64,000 nt of DNA from Nemertoderma westbladi (taxonomy: Eukaryota > Animalia > Xenacoelomorpha): contig JAUCBJ010000630.1 in the NCBI GenBank assembly GCA_032718475.1, forward strand, positions 1 to 64,000, given 5' to 3'. A program made the translations under genes and the position numbers. Of this stretch, positions 1 to 11,917 are shown piece by piece. Positions within the stretch are counted from its first letter, which is position 1, and each line of letters starts with the position of its first letter. Under the pieces are notes generated by a model. It had not been told where the DNA came from. It did not search any database and was given only the letters and a program-made list of their open reading frames with translations.

Positions 1-224
1 ACCCCCACAAACTAAGGAGAAGTCTCCTTTGCCATAACATAGTCCTTAACCACAGGATGTATCCTATGGATATCAATGTTCTATTGTTGTTTAAAGTTTG
101 TTAATTATTATGTTCCCCGGTAAATACAGTACTTCAGACTGTAGGCCTACACTACTGTATGTCCTACTGTATATTATATTCTGTAGGATATTTTGAAATC
201 AATGTATACGTGACATCGTACAGT

Positions 225-1013
225 TAGGGCCGTATTTATGGGGGGGGGGGGGGGGGGGGGGGAGGGGCCGAGGCCCCATGCCCTCCACCACCATCCCACA
301 ACTATATATATTTACCACTTATTTTTCCCAAAATAAATGCAAAACAAAAAGTTCGTGTGAAAAACAGTAAATATTTTTGTAGCTTATGAAATTATACTTT
401 TTTCACTTTCGATTCTCGCATTTTTTGATCAGATGTTTTTAAACTGATATAAACAGGAATATGCTTCAAACTTCTTATTTCCACGTCTAATATTGTAGCG
501 ATGTGAGTTTCCCTGAAATATGATTTTCAAGGAAATTTCCGGAAAAGTATATTTCATCCGTAGTTACGACCACAAGAGACAAGACAACGAACCACCTACA
601 CACATCTAAGCAGGAATCCGTTTCTAGTAGTGTTTACTCTACTTGTGTTTTACTATACGTTTTCAGAAATGTGCTAAGTAAAGTAATTTTCTGACTCACA
701 TCCCTCCTACTAATATATTTACATTCAGGTTTCTTTGGAAGGTAATTCCAATAAATAGCTTGAAAAGTTAGGGTAATGAAAATGAGAGAAATTGTGTCTT
801 TGGGTATAGTACTGTATCATCATAATATTATATATACTGTACAGTATCTATACATATATATAATCCATCATATAATAGTATAGTATAGTCTGTGAGAAGT
901 GCTTGGCGCCGTATGTCAGTATGTGCAAACCCGATATAGTAGTAGAGTTCAGGCCCAGGCCCTTCCACCACTGACTCGGCCCCAGGCCACACACCACTCT
1001 AAATCCGGCCCTG
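225..1013. mobile_element. Non-autonomous hAT-type MITE
   Basis: Termini TAGGGCCGTATTTA / TAAATCCGGCCCTG (imperfect TIR) flanked by an exact 8-bp TSD CGTACAGT (217-224, 1014-1021); 8-bp TSD and (C/T)AGGG ends are hAT hallmarks. Confidence 0.85.
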
Positions 1014-1688
1014 CGTACAGTATAGACGATTAAGGAACAGTACTGTATGTTCTATTAGGGCTTGTTGTACGTCTGGCTATAACAATGTACGATAAGATAA
1101 GATAAGATATTTATTTTACCATGAACAAAACGAGACAAATTACATAAACAAAAAAACGAAATGTTGTCCTATTATTACTAAAAAAAATATGTCTGGGGAC
1201 CATAACCGCTGCCATAAAATGAACAAATCAAGGAATATTAGAACCAGTTAGTAAATAACTCATGATCAACTTGGATAAAAAATATTAATTTAACTTTTGG
1301 TAATGACGGCAATATCTTGGCAGGTATAAAAATAATATATTATCTTTGTTTAGCATAAAGTAGTTTATGGCAGGAGGACAGTATAATAGCTTAGCTAGTG
1401 GTTTACTATCCCCCTGTTGGGGGGGGGGGGGGGGGGGGGTGCTGCTACGATTAATGTTAAAATATTTAATTGAAAGTATGAAACGTTAATAAATAATATT
1501 AATAACATTTAGCTGTCGGTGTCATCAACAATTTAGATTTAGGACATTTACATCTCCAACACAATCAACACGATGTTACTTAAACATCGGAGCCAGGTTT
1601 TAGATGTACTATGAATTGATAATTTAGATACTGTATTAGTTACAATTTGGAATTTATATTAATTTATGTCCAGGACATAGACAATACG

Positions 1689-1770
1689 TGACCCCGCGCC
1701 CGGGTATAAATTACTTGACCCCGCGCCCTGGTAGTAAATATGTGACCCCGCGCCCTGGTAGAAAATGTGG
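1689..1770. repeat. Short tandem repeat, 3 copies of a GACCCCGCGCCC(G/T)GGTA-containing unit (~28 bp)
   Basis: Seen directly; shares the CCCCGCGCCCGGGTA core with the 46160-46575 array. Confidence 0.7.
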
Positions 1771-1781
1771 CCATGGCACGT

Positions 1782-1997
1782 ACACGTTCGTGGGGCCTTC
1801 GCTCAGCACGAGACTGCATTCGTACCAAGTTTGGTGTAATTTCATCAATGTGTGACCGACTTATTTAGGTTTTTCTCAAAAGCCTGAAACTATTGGTACC
1901 AACTGACAGACTGTTTCACTTTTGTTTTATCAAACTTCAGATTCTTTCTAAACTTTTGACGGACTGCATAATACGTACCAAGGTTGGTTTTAATTTC
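1782..1997 (-). mobile_element. 3' fragment of the Helentron/DINE-1-like non-autonomous family
   Basis: 1782-1814 is the reverse complement of the 3' end of the 15662-17350 element; 1815-1997 is reverse-complementary to 29690-29885. Confidence 0.6.
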
Positions 1998-2053
1998 AGT
2001 AATGATTGTTTGCTTTCAAGTAATAAAATAAAAAACATTCAAAATTATTGTTG

Positions 2054-2123
2054 CCACAGGTAAGATTCGAACCTACGCGGGAACATCCCATTGAATTTCT
2101 AGCAACCACTCGTCCAACACTGC
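2054..2123 (-). pseudogene. Degenerate tRNA-Ser(AGA)-like sequence (pseudo-tRNA or SINE head)
   Basis: Minus strand reads GGACGAGTGGTT..CTAGAAATTCAATGGGATGTTCCCGCGTAGGTTCGAATCTTACC, resembling eukaryotic tRNA-Ser D-loop, AGA anticodon, long variable arm and T-loop, but ~11 nt of D/anticodon stem are missing and the acceptor stem does not pair. Confidence 0.55.
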
Positions 2124-2192
2124 TCGAGATAGATGGTGCAATATACTGCCATTTTATGGAAGCTGGACTGTTATTCTGCAATTTCGTTAGAA

Positions 2193-2724
2193 TGAGGCGC
2201 CGTTATAAACGCCAAAACGCCAGCAAAAATATTCGAGGTTTTAAATAGAATATTACAGAATTAAAAAAAACTTTTTCGACCGAAATATTTTATTACAGTT
2301 TTTCAGCTCTTCCAATTGATGACATGACCCGACCTGACTATACTGGAATAAAAATAATAACAAGGAGTTGATGTGTAGAATTTCATCAAATGGAATAGCA
2401 TGTAAAAAAAAACAATCGCTTCAAAATTTATTTATACAGCAACTAAAATGTCGATACCAAATGACAAAACGGTATTCATTTTTAGCCGATATATTTATAA
2501 GTTTAAGCTTTACTGTAGTAAGGAATGCGCTTGACACTGTTAGATATTTTTCAGCTATTTATTCCTTCTGCTAATAGAGATTAGTTTTCTTCATTATTCT
2601 AAGAAATTCTGCGGTCTGAAAATGTAATAAAATATTTCGGCCGAAAATATGTTTTTAAATCCTCTAATAATTATTTTTAAAACCTCTAATATTATTGCGA
2701 CCCTTTGGCATTAAACGACACCTT
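2193..2724. mobile_element. Old MITE-like fold-back element
   Basis: 2193-2310 is an imperfect inverted repeat of 2615-2724; no clear TSD. Confidence 0.5.
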
Positions 2725-2750
2725 ATATTTACTTACTGGTGCACAGTACC

Positions 2751-3918
2751 TGTAAAGGCTTTTGCGGATCTAGCTAGTCATTTTCCCCGCAAAGTACTCT
2801 GTAGGTGTTTTAGCGGACATAAAAAGCCGTTTTCTTATCTTGTGTAGGTGTTTTAGTGGACATAAAAAGCCATTTTTCTGTATGTGTACTTTAGCGGACA
2901 TAACAAGCCATTTTATGCCCCAATACGCCAAAATACTCTTAATACAGTGTAGTTCAGATGACGACATCTATCAGCTGATATGTCGATGTGGAGCTTTTGG
3001 CTTTCTTTGTTCAGGCTCACTCGACCAATCAGAGCGATTTTCATTTTATCTTGTGCAGAAGCCTACGGAAGATCGCGCAATGCATTATGGTCTTTGTTTA
3101 CCTTTTTTCCTGAGCCCAGAACATCGGCTTTGGAATTATTCTGTGTTTCAGACTTTAGCCAAACATTAGAACGGCTTTGATTATAGAAACGTATAACTGT
3201 TATCAGCCCATATCATACTATACGTACCTTTCTCCGCATTATTTTACTGCTATTTACTGTCGGTTATTAATTGTTACCAGTTGATGGATATGTTGTTATA
3301 TTTGGAGAATATCGATAAATAATCATAAAACCCCAATCTTCTTGATATACTGAAGGTTAGAGAGACCGGTTACATATAGCAATTGCGACTTACATTATAG
3401 TGGTTTTGGAGTGAATTGAATGCTATTTCATAGACCCTACATGTGTCAGTTGCTGTTCTCCTTATATATGATCAAATTTAGTGAAGGTCAGCAGATCAGT
3501 GTGCAGCAGTGTGCGGTAGTGTGCATGAATATGATAGATAACAAAGCATTTCCTAAAGAATGCGCTTTATACGAAAATCATTAGCCATCCCGTTGTGTTT
3601 AGTGTAAGTCATAACTCTGTTTACATACTTAGAGCGCCACGTCCTAAAGGAACTATTAATATTTCCCGAAAGTGAATAATATTTGTCAGAGATTATATTA
3701 ACGATCAATCGAATAGTACAGTAAGTCTATACCGCAATAAGGTCAGAGCATCCGAATCCAGTCTCCCTTAACTGTGGGTGAATGGTCGCGCATAGGCTGG
3801 CTTCGGCTAATGTAACTTTATGTGTATCAAATACTTGTTATAGGCTAAAGTCGATTTATAACCTAGAAGACACCTAAAATTGGCAGGTTAAACTGCTAAA
3901 GGTCTAAAAGCGCGAACA
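2751..3918 (+). repeat. 5' LTR (1168 bp, TGT...ACA)
   Basis: Start shared with the 22043 copy; end (..AAAGCGCGAACA) fixed by homology to the TSD-bounded solo LTR at 34383-35620; three ~40-bp internal repeats at 2800-2915. Confidence 0.85.
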
Positions 3919-5841
3919 ATAACACTTATTCTTTCTTTATTGCAACGTAGGCAATAAAGGCAAAAGTACCGGTCGACCGGTAACCAGTAGGCCTAACTAC
4001 CTTACCACCCGAACCGGTACTTACAGCAGTACAGGTACATCAGTATTATTCGATTGTGATAATTATATACCGGTAGGTCTTGATATTTAATCAGGGACTG
4101 CAGCCCTGGTTTTTTATTGGGATTTTACTTATTTCTGTCAGTTTTATTTATCTGTAAGTTAATATTGAGCAGAAGGCATGTAAGCCTGCTCAGATTGTAT
4201 AAATAATTTGTAGGCTGGATTGTTGTCTGGCTGTTGTTAAGTCTGAAGAGATTGCAGTGTGTGTAGAGTGCATGTCCGATAAAGTACTAGTTAGAAACGT
4301 GGGGGCATCCAGTGCTGTAAGGTAAATCCCCCCCGAAAGAATAAGTCGTACTACTCGGTTAGAACGCATACTAACTAACCATTTCGGAGTCTGCATATAC
4401 TGTAGTTTATTTAGGCTTGATAGTAGTCTGCCAGCGTTTGGTCTGTATTTTGTTTGTGTAGTCTGTACGGGTAGCGTAATATTTATTATTCAGAGTATAT
4501 GCAATTATTCGCAACATTCACAACCCCAAGTTTATTCCTACAGTAATTGTGCTTGTTATACATACCGTTATAGTTAAATTAACCCCGGTACTACATCAGG
4601 GCTGTTTGGTGTAGGTAAAGACTGGTGATTTTATGCTCTGGTCACTCCGGCAGATACAACAAGTACAAGAACAAGTATTTTTAACTGCTGGTTATTTGTT
4701 GTATAAGTACTTGTACCTAATTTAGGGTTTAGTGTACAGTGCTTTCCGAAGGTAATTAGTGTGTAGGCAGTATATTTGTGTTGTAAAGTGGTTAATAGGC
4801 ACGTTAGCTATGGTTGGCTGCGGTAATTAACTTCTAGGTAGGAACACTCCGGGTACATAACGTAGTACTTATAGAGCTGTAAAGCTAGAGACTATAAGTC
4901 GTCAGACGGTGGTATTTTCCTATCTAGACAATACAATATATTTACTACTGCTTTATTATTTTCAAATACCGTAGTATCTTGTCCGTTTGTAATAACCAGA
5001 TATTCTAACTCCTTGTTAGGCTGGTTTGTAGATTCCCTGTAAAATTAACCCTAAAAAATTCGTACGTGTAATTTTTGTGTTTATTTAGAGATTGTAATCT
5101 CACCCCTTAATTGTACGTAATTTGTAGTAATAAGTAACTTAGTAAATTAGAATTATTTGTTTTAGTGTCCAACAAGTAGCACTTCACTGAGAGCGTACAG
5201 CTTCTGTGTAGTGACTCCTTACCAGAAATAATAACATTTATTTCAAATATTGACAAAACCCATTACAGGGTATATATATATATATATTATAAATCAACTC
5301 AAACCGATTTATAAAATAGTAGGCCTGTCATACAACAATTAGGTCTTAATATCAGTTGGACTACTGCTTAAATAACGGTAATAAAGTAAAGTAAAGTAAC
5401 TAAGTAACCCTAAAAATTCAGAAATTCAATTATTCTAAAATAATTGACGTACCGGTATTTACGATAGGCTTATTATATTTATTTCTATAAATTTAAGCTG
5501 AAAATATATACCGGTATTCTGTAATTAATTCTAGTCTATAATTATACTTAAATATACTATAAGTGTAAGCTGTATACCGGTATTCACATTAGGCTTATTA
5601 TATATCTATATATTTGCGCTGAAATTATATACCGGTATTCTGTGACGATCCCTAATATCCTATCCGTAATAATACTTATATATACTATAAGTGTATACCG
5701 GTATTCTAATATATTGTATATATATCACGTTACATAGAGTAACGATATCGGTAATTAATTATTAGGCTAACAGTGATACTGAATTACTAGACTTGCTTTA
5801 ACTGTAATTATAGCAGTAGGCATTCAACTGTACAAACAAAC

Positions 5842-7806
5842 ATGTCTGACACAAAGCAAAACCTGTCAGACAGTCTCCTAAATACAACCATCTGTGATCC
5901 AGATAGGAGTGCAGAACGTTTGAGACCGAAGTTCAACTCCCCTCCTACTGTAAGAAAGGTCATCCCTCCAGTAGTAGTATCAGACCCTAGGCTAGTCAAA
6001 CACCGTAGGTCTATCATAGGCACTCGGGCTCAAGTCAAGCGAGACCAAGAAGCAGCTGTTAAACAGCAGCAACACCCGAGCCGAGAACTTATTTCTCAGC
6101 GGCCCGATAGCTCCAGTAGTTCAAATACTGTAGAGCTGACACCCGAGCGCGGAGCAAAGATGGCAGATGCGGTTTATTCGGATCCCCTTCTCATTCTTCC
6201 TGCAGCCGTACTCACTAGGGTATTGATTGCGGTGGAGGAACACCAAATCGATTGGGCGAGAAGTAAGCGATTGACCAAGGACAGTTATGCGGGATACACA
6301 AGGGAGGAACTGAAGTCTATTGTCGAGATGCAATGGAACTTCCCCGGACCCGGACTCCTGTTTAACTTATCGGAAGCTGCCTGGGAGGACTTATACAGGA
6401 TGGGAGTGACAAAAGACACTAGTGATCCAGCTGTGTGGAAGAGGTCGGCAGCAGGATATGTACAGGGATTTTTCAGCTCTTTGGAGCGATTAGAGGAACA
6501 ACTGTTTCAACAACCCCAAGGACCTCAAGAGCAGGGAGAGCTGCTTTGTCAAGTTAGAGAAAGAATTCTAAGAATCAGACTAATCCTATCGGCCTTTGAG
6601 GAAGCTTCGAAAAGAAGACAAGACACGTCGTTGCAAGTTGCTGTAAAGACTTGGTTCCAGCGGGTGGGTCTCAAGGTTCAAGGAACGGCCCAGTGGAAAT
6701 TTCAGCTGGCTGAGCGCTCAACCCATGGAGAATCAACAGACGCTACCTTTTCTCAAGTGGAAAGCGAAGCGACAGCAGAGAAACCACAGAAGAAGGACGC
6801 TATTGACATCTATCTGTCAGACTATCAACGATTTCTAGGTGACGAAGAGTTGAGGAGAAGGCTGGCTGGACTTCGTCCTAATAGTGAAGGAGCCAAGTTT
6901 GTGTTGGACGCAATAGATGCGGAAATGTTAGCTGCGAACCAAGCTAAATTTGATGAAAACATCCGCATTGCTAGGGTCCAAGAAGAACAGGTAAAGAAAA
7001 AACGTATAGAAGACAGAAAGATAGCAGCAGCGGCAGCGGCAGAAGTTGAAAGAAAAGCGGCAGCGGCAGCGGCAGAGGCAGAAGCTGAAAGAAAAGCGGC
7101 AGAAGCAGAAAGAAAAGCGGCAGAAGTGGAAAGGAAAGCGGCAATGGCAGCGGCAGAAGCGGAAAGAAAAGAGGCAGAAGCGGAAAGAAAGGTAGCAGCG
7201 GCAGAAGCAGAAAGAAAAGCGGCAGAGGCAGTGGCAGAAGCCAAACGGAGGGCATCTGAAGAGACCACCCAACTAGAGTTGGAAAATCTTCAAGAGAAGC
7301 AAGACTACATAGATAAACAGAGAACAGCTAGTCAGTGGCAGATGATAAGTCAATCTACTCCCAAAAGACAGGGATTTACATCATCTGATGAAGGCGATAC
7401 AACAGATCCTGAAGGCGGAGGAAATATATCTCGTCTAAGTAGGCGTAGAAGAACGCCCCACTGTCAGAAATTGCCTAATTTGCCCCCAGCTGTGAGAAGG
7501 CAACTAGCTAGCACAGACTTAGGTAGTACAGAACCCACAGACCAAATTATTAGAGTAGAAAGACTCCCTACTATAGTGGATGAACCTGAAATAATTAGGC
7601 CTGTTCTCGAAGCCACTCCCTCTGTAATAGAGACCACTGTACTTCCAGAACCGAACTCTAAATTCCCTTTGCACAGTACTAAACTACCTGTATCCGGTGG
7701 GACAGTTCCTCAGTCAACTCCAGTCCTGGACGCCGAGCGAGACATTAACAATTTGTCGCCCGTCGTCCCTCGTCTACCCGCTACTATGTTGGCGGCTCCC
7801 GGTTGA
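5842..7806 (+). CDS. BEL/Pao gag N-terminal region (654 aa) with Ala/Glu/Arg/Lys-rich heptad repeats; probably ends at a frameshift
   Basis: First long ATG ORF after the 5' UTR; AEAERKA-type repeats at ~7020-7250; coding-like sequence continues in another frame up to the piggyBac insertion. Confidence 0.7.
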   Translation: MSDTKQNLSDSLLNTTICDPDRSAERLRPKFNSPPTVRKVIPPVVVSDPRLVKHRRSIIGTRAQVKRDQEAAVKQQQHPSRELISQRPDSSSSSNTVELTPERGAKMADAVYSDPLLILPAAVLTRVLIAVEEHQIDWARSKRLTKDSYAGYTREELKSIVEMQWNFPGPGLLFNLSEAAWEDLYRMGVTKDTSDPAVWKRSAAGYVQGFFSSLERLEEQLFQQPQGPQEQGELLCQVRERILRIRLILSAFEEASKRRQDTSLQVAVKTWFQRVGLKVQGTAQWKFQLAERSTHGESTDATFSQVESEATAEKPQKKDAIDIYLSDYQRFLGDEELRRRLAGLRPNSEGAKFVLDAIDAEMLAANQAKFDENIRIARVQEEQVKKKRIEDRKIAAAAAAEVERKAAAAAAEAEAERKAAEAERKAAEVERKAAMAAAEAERKEAEAERKVAAAEAERKAAEAVAEAKRRASEETTQLELENLQEKQDYIDKQRTASQWQMISQSTPKRQGFTSSDEGDTTDPEGGGNISRLSRRRRTPHCQKLPNLPPAVRRQLASTDLGSTEPTDQIIRVERLPTIVDEPEIIRPVLEATPSVIETTVLPEPNSKFPLHSTKLPVSGGTVPQSTPVLDAERDINNLSPVVPRLPATMLAAPG

Positions 7807-8136
7807 GTGGGTGGATGAGCGACGGCGGGGGATGGATATTCTCCTCGGGCAGATGGAGGAGAATCAGGCTCGCTCCTCCCAACAGGTCCGAGAGTTGTAG
7901 GGGACTGTTCAACAGTTAAAGGGAACAGTAAGAGAAAGTAAGTTCGAATTACAGGAAGTGCAGCAGTGTATCGCGTTAGAACGCGATAAGTTAGTAAATC
8001 TATAAAAGGGTATACCAACACCCCCTGTAACAATGTGTCAACCTGTTAGGTCTGAAGTATTTCATGCGCAAGGTGTGGAGCCTACACGCATCTATACTGC
8101 TAGTGAAGTAGAAACTCCTATAGTAAACCCTATTAA

Positions 8137-9689
8137 CCCTATTAGTACCGGGCTTTAAAAGGTTGTACAAATACCGGGAGGGGGTCATATTGACCCCCCC
8201 CCTCTAAAATCTACAAATATTTACGAAAACGTCTGATTTTTTGTTTGTACGTAGGTATCACTTGTCTGGATCCGACCGAAAAAAAAATTTCGAAAAAATG
8301 TACTGGGGTGGTTATATTGCAGCACCAAAATTACAAGTAGTGCACAATTTTCACCAAATTTGAAAGTTACATTTTCGGCTAATTATTTTTCAATACAGGT
8401 TTTCTGGGGTGTAAAATACATTGGAAAATATTAAAAAATGATATGATTACTATAAATGGCTGTTTAGTCCTCTCTGCGTAGGAAAAAAATGAAAAAAACA
8501 AGTAACCAGCACTTTTCAGTTAGAACACAAAATTTTTAATTCACTTATACGATGCTATAAATTCACATTTTCAGGTTTTTGAGGGCGCTGATTCTAATGG
8601 AATACATTTCTAATATGCTAGATCATTGCTACTTGTATTTTTCGGCGTAATTTGGCAAATTTTGGTGCTAGCACCAAATTTCGTACCCATCACCAAAAAG
8701 TACAAGTTTGCGCTGTCCAGTGCAGTTTTTATTGATTCCATCGGATTCAGGACCCTCATAAACCCGTATAACGCAAGAAACAAGGTGATACTATCTACTT
8801 ATCAATTTGCATATTTTCCAAAATTTGGTGCTGGCACAACAATTTTCACCCACCGGCGAAAAATACAAGTTTGAGAACTCTTATGAAATTTTTACTGATT
8901 CCATTGAATTCAGAACCATCACAAACCCGTATAACGCAAGAAACAAGGTGACACAATCAATTGATATATTTGATGGTTTTCAAAATTTGGTGCTAGCACC
9001 ACATTTTGCACCCACATCCGAAAAATACAAGTTTGAGATGTCTAGTTCGATAATTATATTTTCCATTGAATTCAGAACAGCCATAAACCTCTAAAACGCA
9101 AGAAATAAATTGTCACAAGTAATTTTATATATTGAATGGATTTTCAAAATTTCGTGCTAGCACCAAAATTTGCACACAGCACCGAAAAATACAAGTTTGA
9201 TACGCATGGTGCAACTCGTATATATTTCATCGAATTCAGAACCCCAAAAATCCCCAATTGCGTAAAAAAGAAGTTTCAAACAATCAATTTACAAAATTGA
9301 CTTATTTCAAAATTTGGTGCTGGCACCAAAATTTGGCACCCATCGAAAAAAACAAGTTTAAAATTTCTAAATCAATTTATATGAATTCCATCGAATTTCT
9401 AACACCAAAAAACGCGTGTAAATAAAAAATAGAGATGTTACAATTCATATTTAATGAAATGTAATTTTCAAAAAACGTCTCAAAAAAAGTGCCAAAAGTA
9501 GGGTTAAAAAATGGCGCTATAACTCGAAAAGTACCCAATATTTTTGAAAACGGTTTTTACTACTAGGAAGACAATAGATTTTTAGGAAAAGTCATAAAAT
9601 TTCAGATTCCCAACTGCGTTTGTTTCAGAATTATAATAAAAAAACCACGGGAGGGGTCATATTGACCCCCCCCCCCGGGTTTAATAGGG
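8137..9689. mobile_element. Non-autonomous piggyBac element inserted in gag
   Basis: TTAA TSD (8133-8136, 9690-9693); termini CCCTATTAGTACCGGG / CCCGGGTTTAATAGGG; palindromic GGGGTCATATTGACCCC near both ends; ~180-bp internal repeats at 8640-9450; removal restores the open frame ..VNPI-KGNYKPVD.. Confidence 0.92.
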
Positions 9690-9693
9690 TTAA

Positions 9694-11904
9694 AGGTAAT
9701 TATAAACCTGTTGACAATGATATTCCATATAGACCTGATAATAATCCGAGAAATTTATATACCGATAACTCGATATTAAATAATACGATGGCCCAAGAAA
9801 GTTTTACGCGTCAAATGGCTAGAACCGAAGCCCGTCAAGCGGTAAAGGTGGGAGAGATCGTCAAGTTCAATGGAGATGAGATGAAATGGTTACCTTTTAA
9901 TGAATATTACAAAGATAACATACAGAACTCTGTACTATCTAACGGAGAGAAACTTAGATTCCTCATCGAGTGTTTGGAAGGACCTCCCAAGTTAATGGCG
10001 TTAAAGTTTATTGGACATCCAGATGGATTAAGACAAGTTTGGAATACACTAAACATCAGGTATGGTAATAGGAATAATATAGCTAGGTATTTGTATGCAA
10101 AATTAGTAGCGCCCCGAAAGTTCATTAGCAGCGGGATTATAGAGTTTTCCGATGAGATTCAGGAGATCTGTAGACAATTAGATTGGCTAGGTAAGTCTCA
10201 TGAATATCAGAGTTCTATGGTTATTGGAGCCGTAGCATCTACTTTACCAAAGGGTGGAGTAGGTACACGCTGGGACAAGAAAGTGTTATATATGATGGAA
10301 CAACAACGAAGAGACCCTACCATGGCTGATCTCATGTCATTCTTAGATGGAGAGGTAAAATTACAGCTCCTAAAGCAGTCCAGAGAGAAGACGCCGGAAA
10401 ATAAGGTAAGTGAGAAAACCGTTTCTAGGAGAAAGGTAACACCAGTGTGTTATACAGACGACGGCGAAAGCCAGGCCTCTCAAGAGGAGGACAGCGGGAA
10501 AGACACTGAAAGATCTTACTATGTCAACAAAGCGCCTAAAGACGTAAGTAAATTCAAGTCTCGAACCAGTGACAGGAGAGAACAGGTAAGAAAAACTCCT
10601 CCTACGTCTCGTCTCCTAAGAGAATTCATGGAAAAAAGCCTGAGGAAAGAACGAGTGTGCACAACGTTACCCAAGGTAAGTTAAGTAACATCAAACCAAA
10701 ATGTGTGCTGGGTGACGGGCCCCACCGTTTAAGTGTGTGTGATGAATTCCTAAAGAAATCCCTAATAGATAGACGTGAAGTCATGTGGAATAAGCAGTTG
10801 TGTTATAATTGCCTCAGACAAGGACACCAACGGCGAACCTGTTACTCCGACGCAAGGTGTGCTAAGTGCGGCGCGAAACATCATATCTTGTTGCACACTG
10901 AATTCGAAAGAAACAGCCCGAGTCAGGTAAGTGAGTCCGAACTACATGTCCAATTCAGTGATGTGAACGACACTGACCAAAGTTCTGAGATGGAAGGATT
11001 CTATACGGATGAATTCTCCGACGAAAACGAATCCTGTTACCTAATAAATACCGCAGTGTATCGAGCACTTACATATGAGAAGGAAACCGATAGTGAACTC
11101 CCCCTAACTACTCCTGACCGACAACCATCTTGGAAAGCACCAACTTCCAACATAGGAATCCGAGAATTTCCCGTAGTGCAGTTGAGAGTCCACGGGTCAG
11201 AAAAGAGCTATATATTGAACGCCCTCCTTGACTCCGGCAGCACAGGAACATTCATCGACAAAGAACTAGCCGAAGACATCTTTGCTGGATAACCCAAGTT
11301 CCGAACTAAGTTGAACCTTTCAGGAATTATGCAGGTTTGGAAATCTACAGTAACTACAGATTATTATGTAGGCGCGTTGTCCACCCCCCAGGATGAACTA
11401 GGAGAACACAGTATAAGGTCAGTAAAAATGGTGGCGATAAAGAACTTCGCTACCAGCCAAGTGGAACCTTATAACTGGGATGAGGACGATTTCACCCAAC
11501 AGCATGAGATACCTAGATTCAACACAGATTACCCTGGAGTGCAAATACTCATCGGCCAAAATGCGCATGAGGCGCTTGAGACATTGGAAAAACGGCCTGC
11601 TCAACCGCAACCACTGCAAACCTATGCGGGAAGAACTAGAGTAGGTTGGTACTTTACTGGACCTTCCCGTAGAACTCTCATGGAAAGGCTACCCAAAGAA
11701 CGAGTCTACCAGGTGAGTGAATGGGAAGATGAGATCAGTGAGGGAGACGACACACCTGAGGGAACACCATACTCCTCAGATAATGACGATATCCACCAAC
11801 TATTCGACGAGGAGAATACCATCGACCTCCTTACGGAAAATGAAACTTGGCAAAACCAAGTGAACCTATGTCACCTCATTCATCCAGCGGGACCAGTCGA
11901 TTGA
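9694..11904 (+). pseudogene. BEL/Pao gag capsid (DUF1759-like), three zinc knuckles and aspartic protease; frameshift near 10660 and in-frame stop at 11290
   Basis: KFNGDEMKWLPF..LSNGEKLRFL..LNIRYG; CVLGDGPHRLSVC, CYNCLRQGHQRRTC, CAKCGAKHHILLH; ALLDSGSTGTFI. Confidence 0.9.
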
Positions 11905-11917
11905 TTATAACGACGAA

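Noticed and set aside
2054-2123. Functional tRNA-Ser gene
   Set aside because: Part of the D/anticodon arm is missing and the acceptor stem does not pair
2746-2750. TSD for the large BEL element (GTACC)
   Set aside because: No matching copy at a 3' end because the 3' LTR is truncated
6825-7272. Three overlapping minus-strand low-complexity ORFs
   Set aside because: Antisense shadows of the AEAERKA repeat in gag
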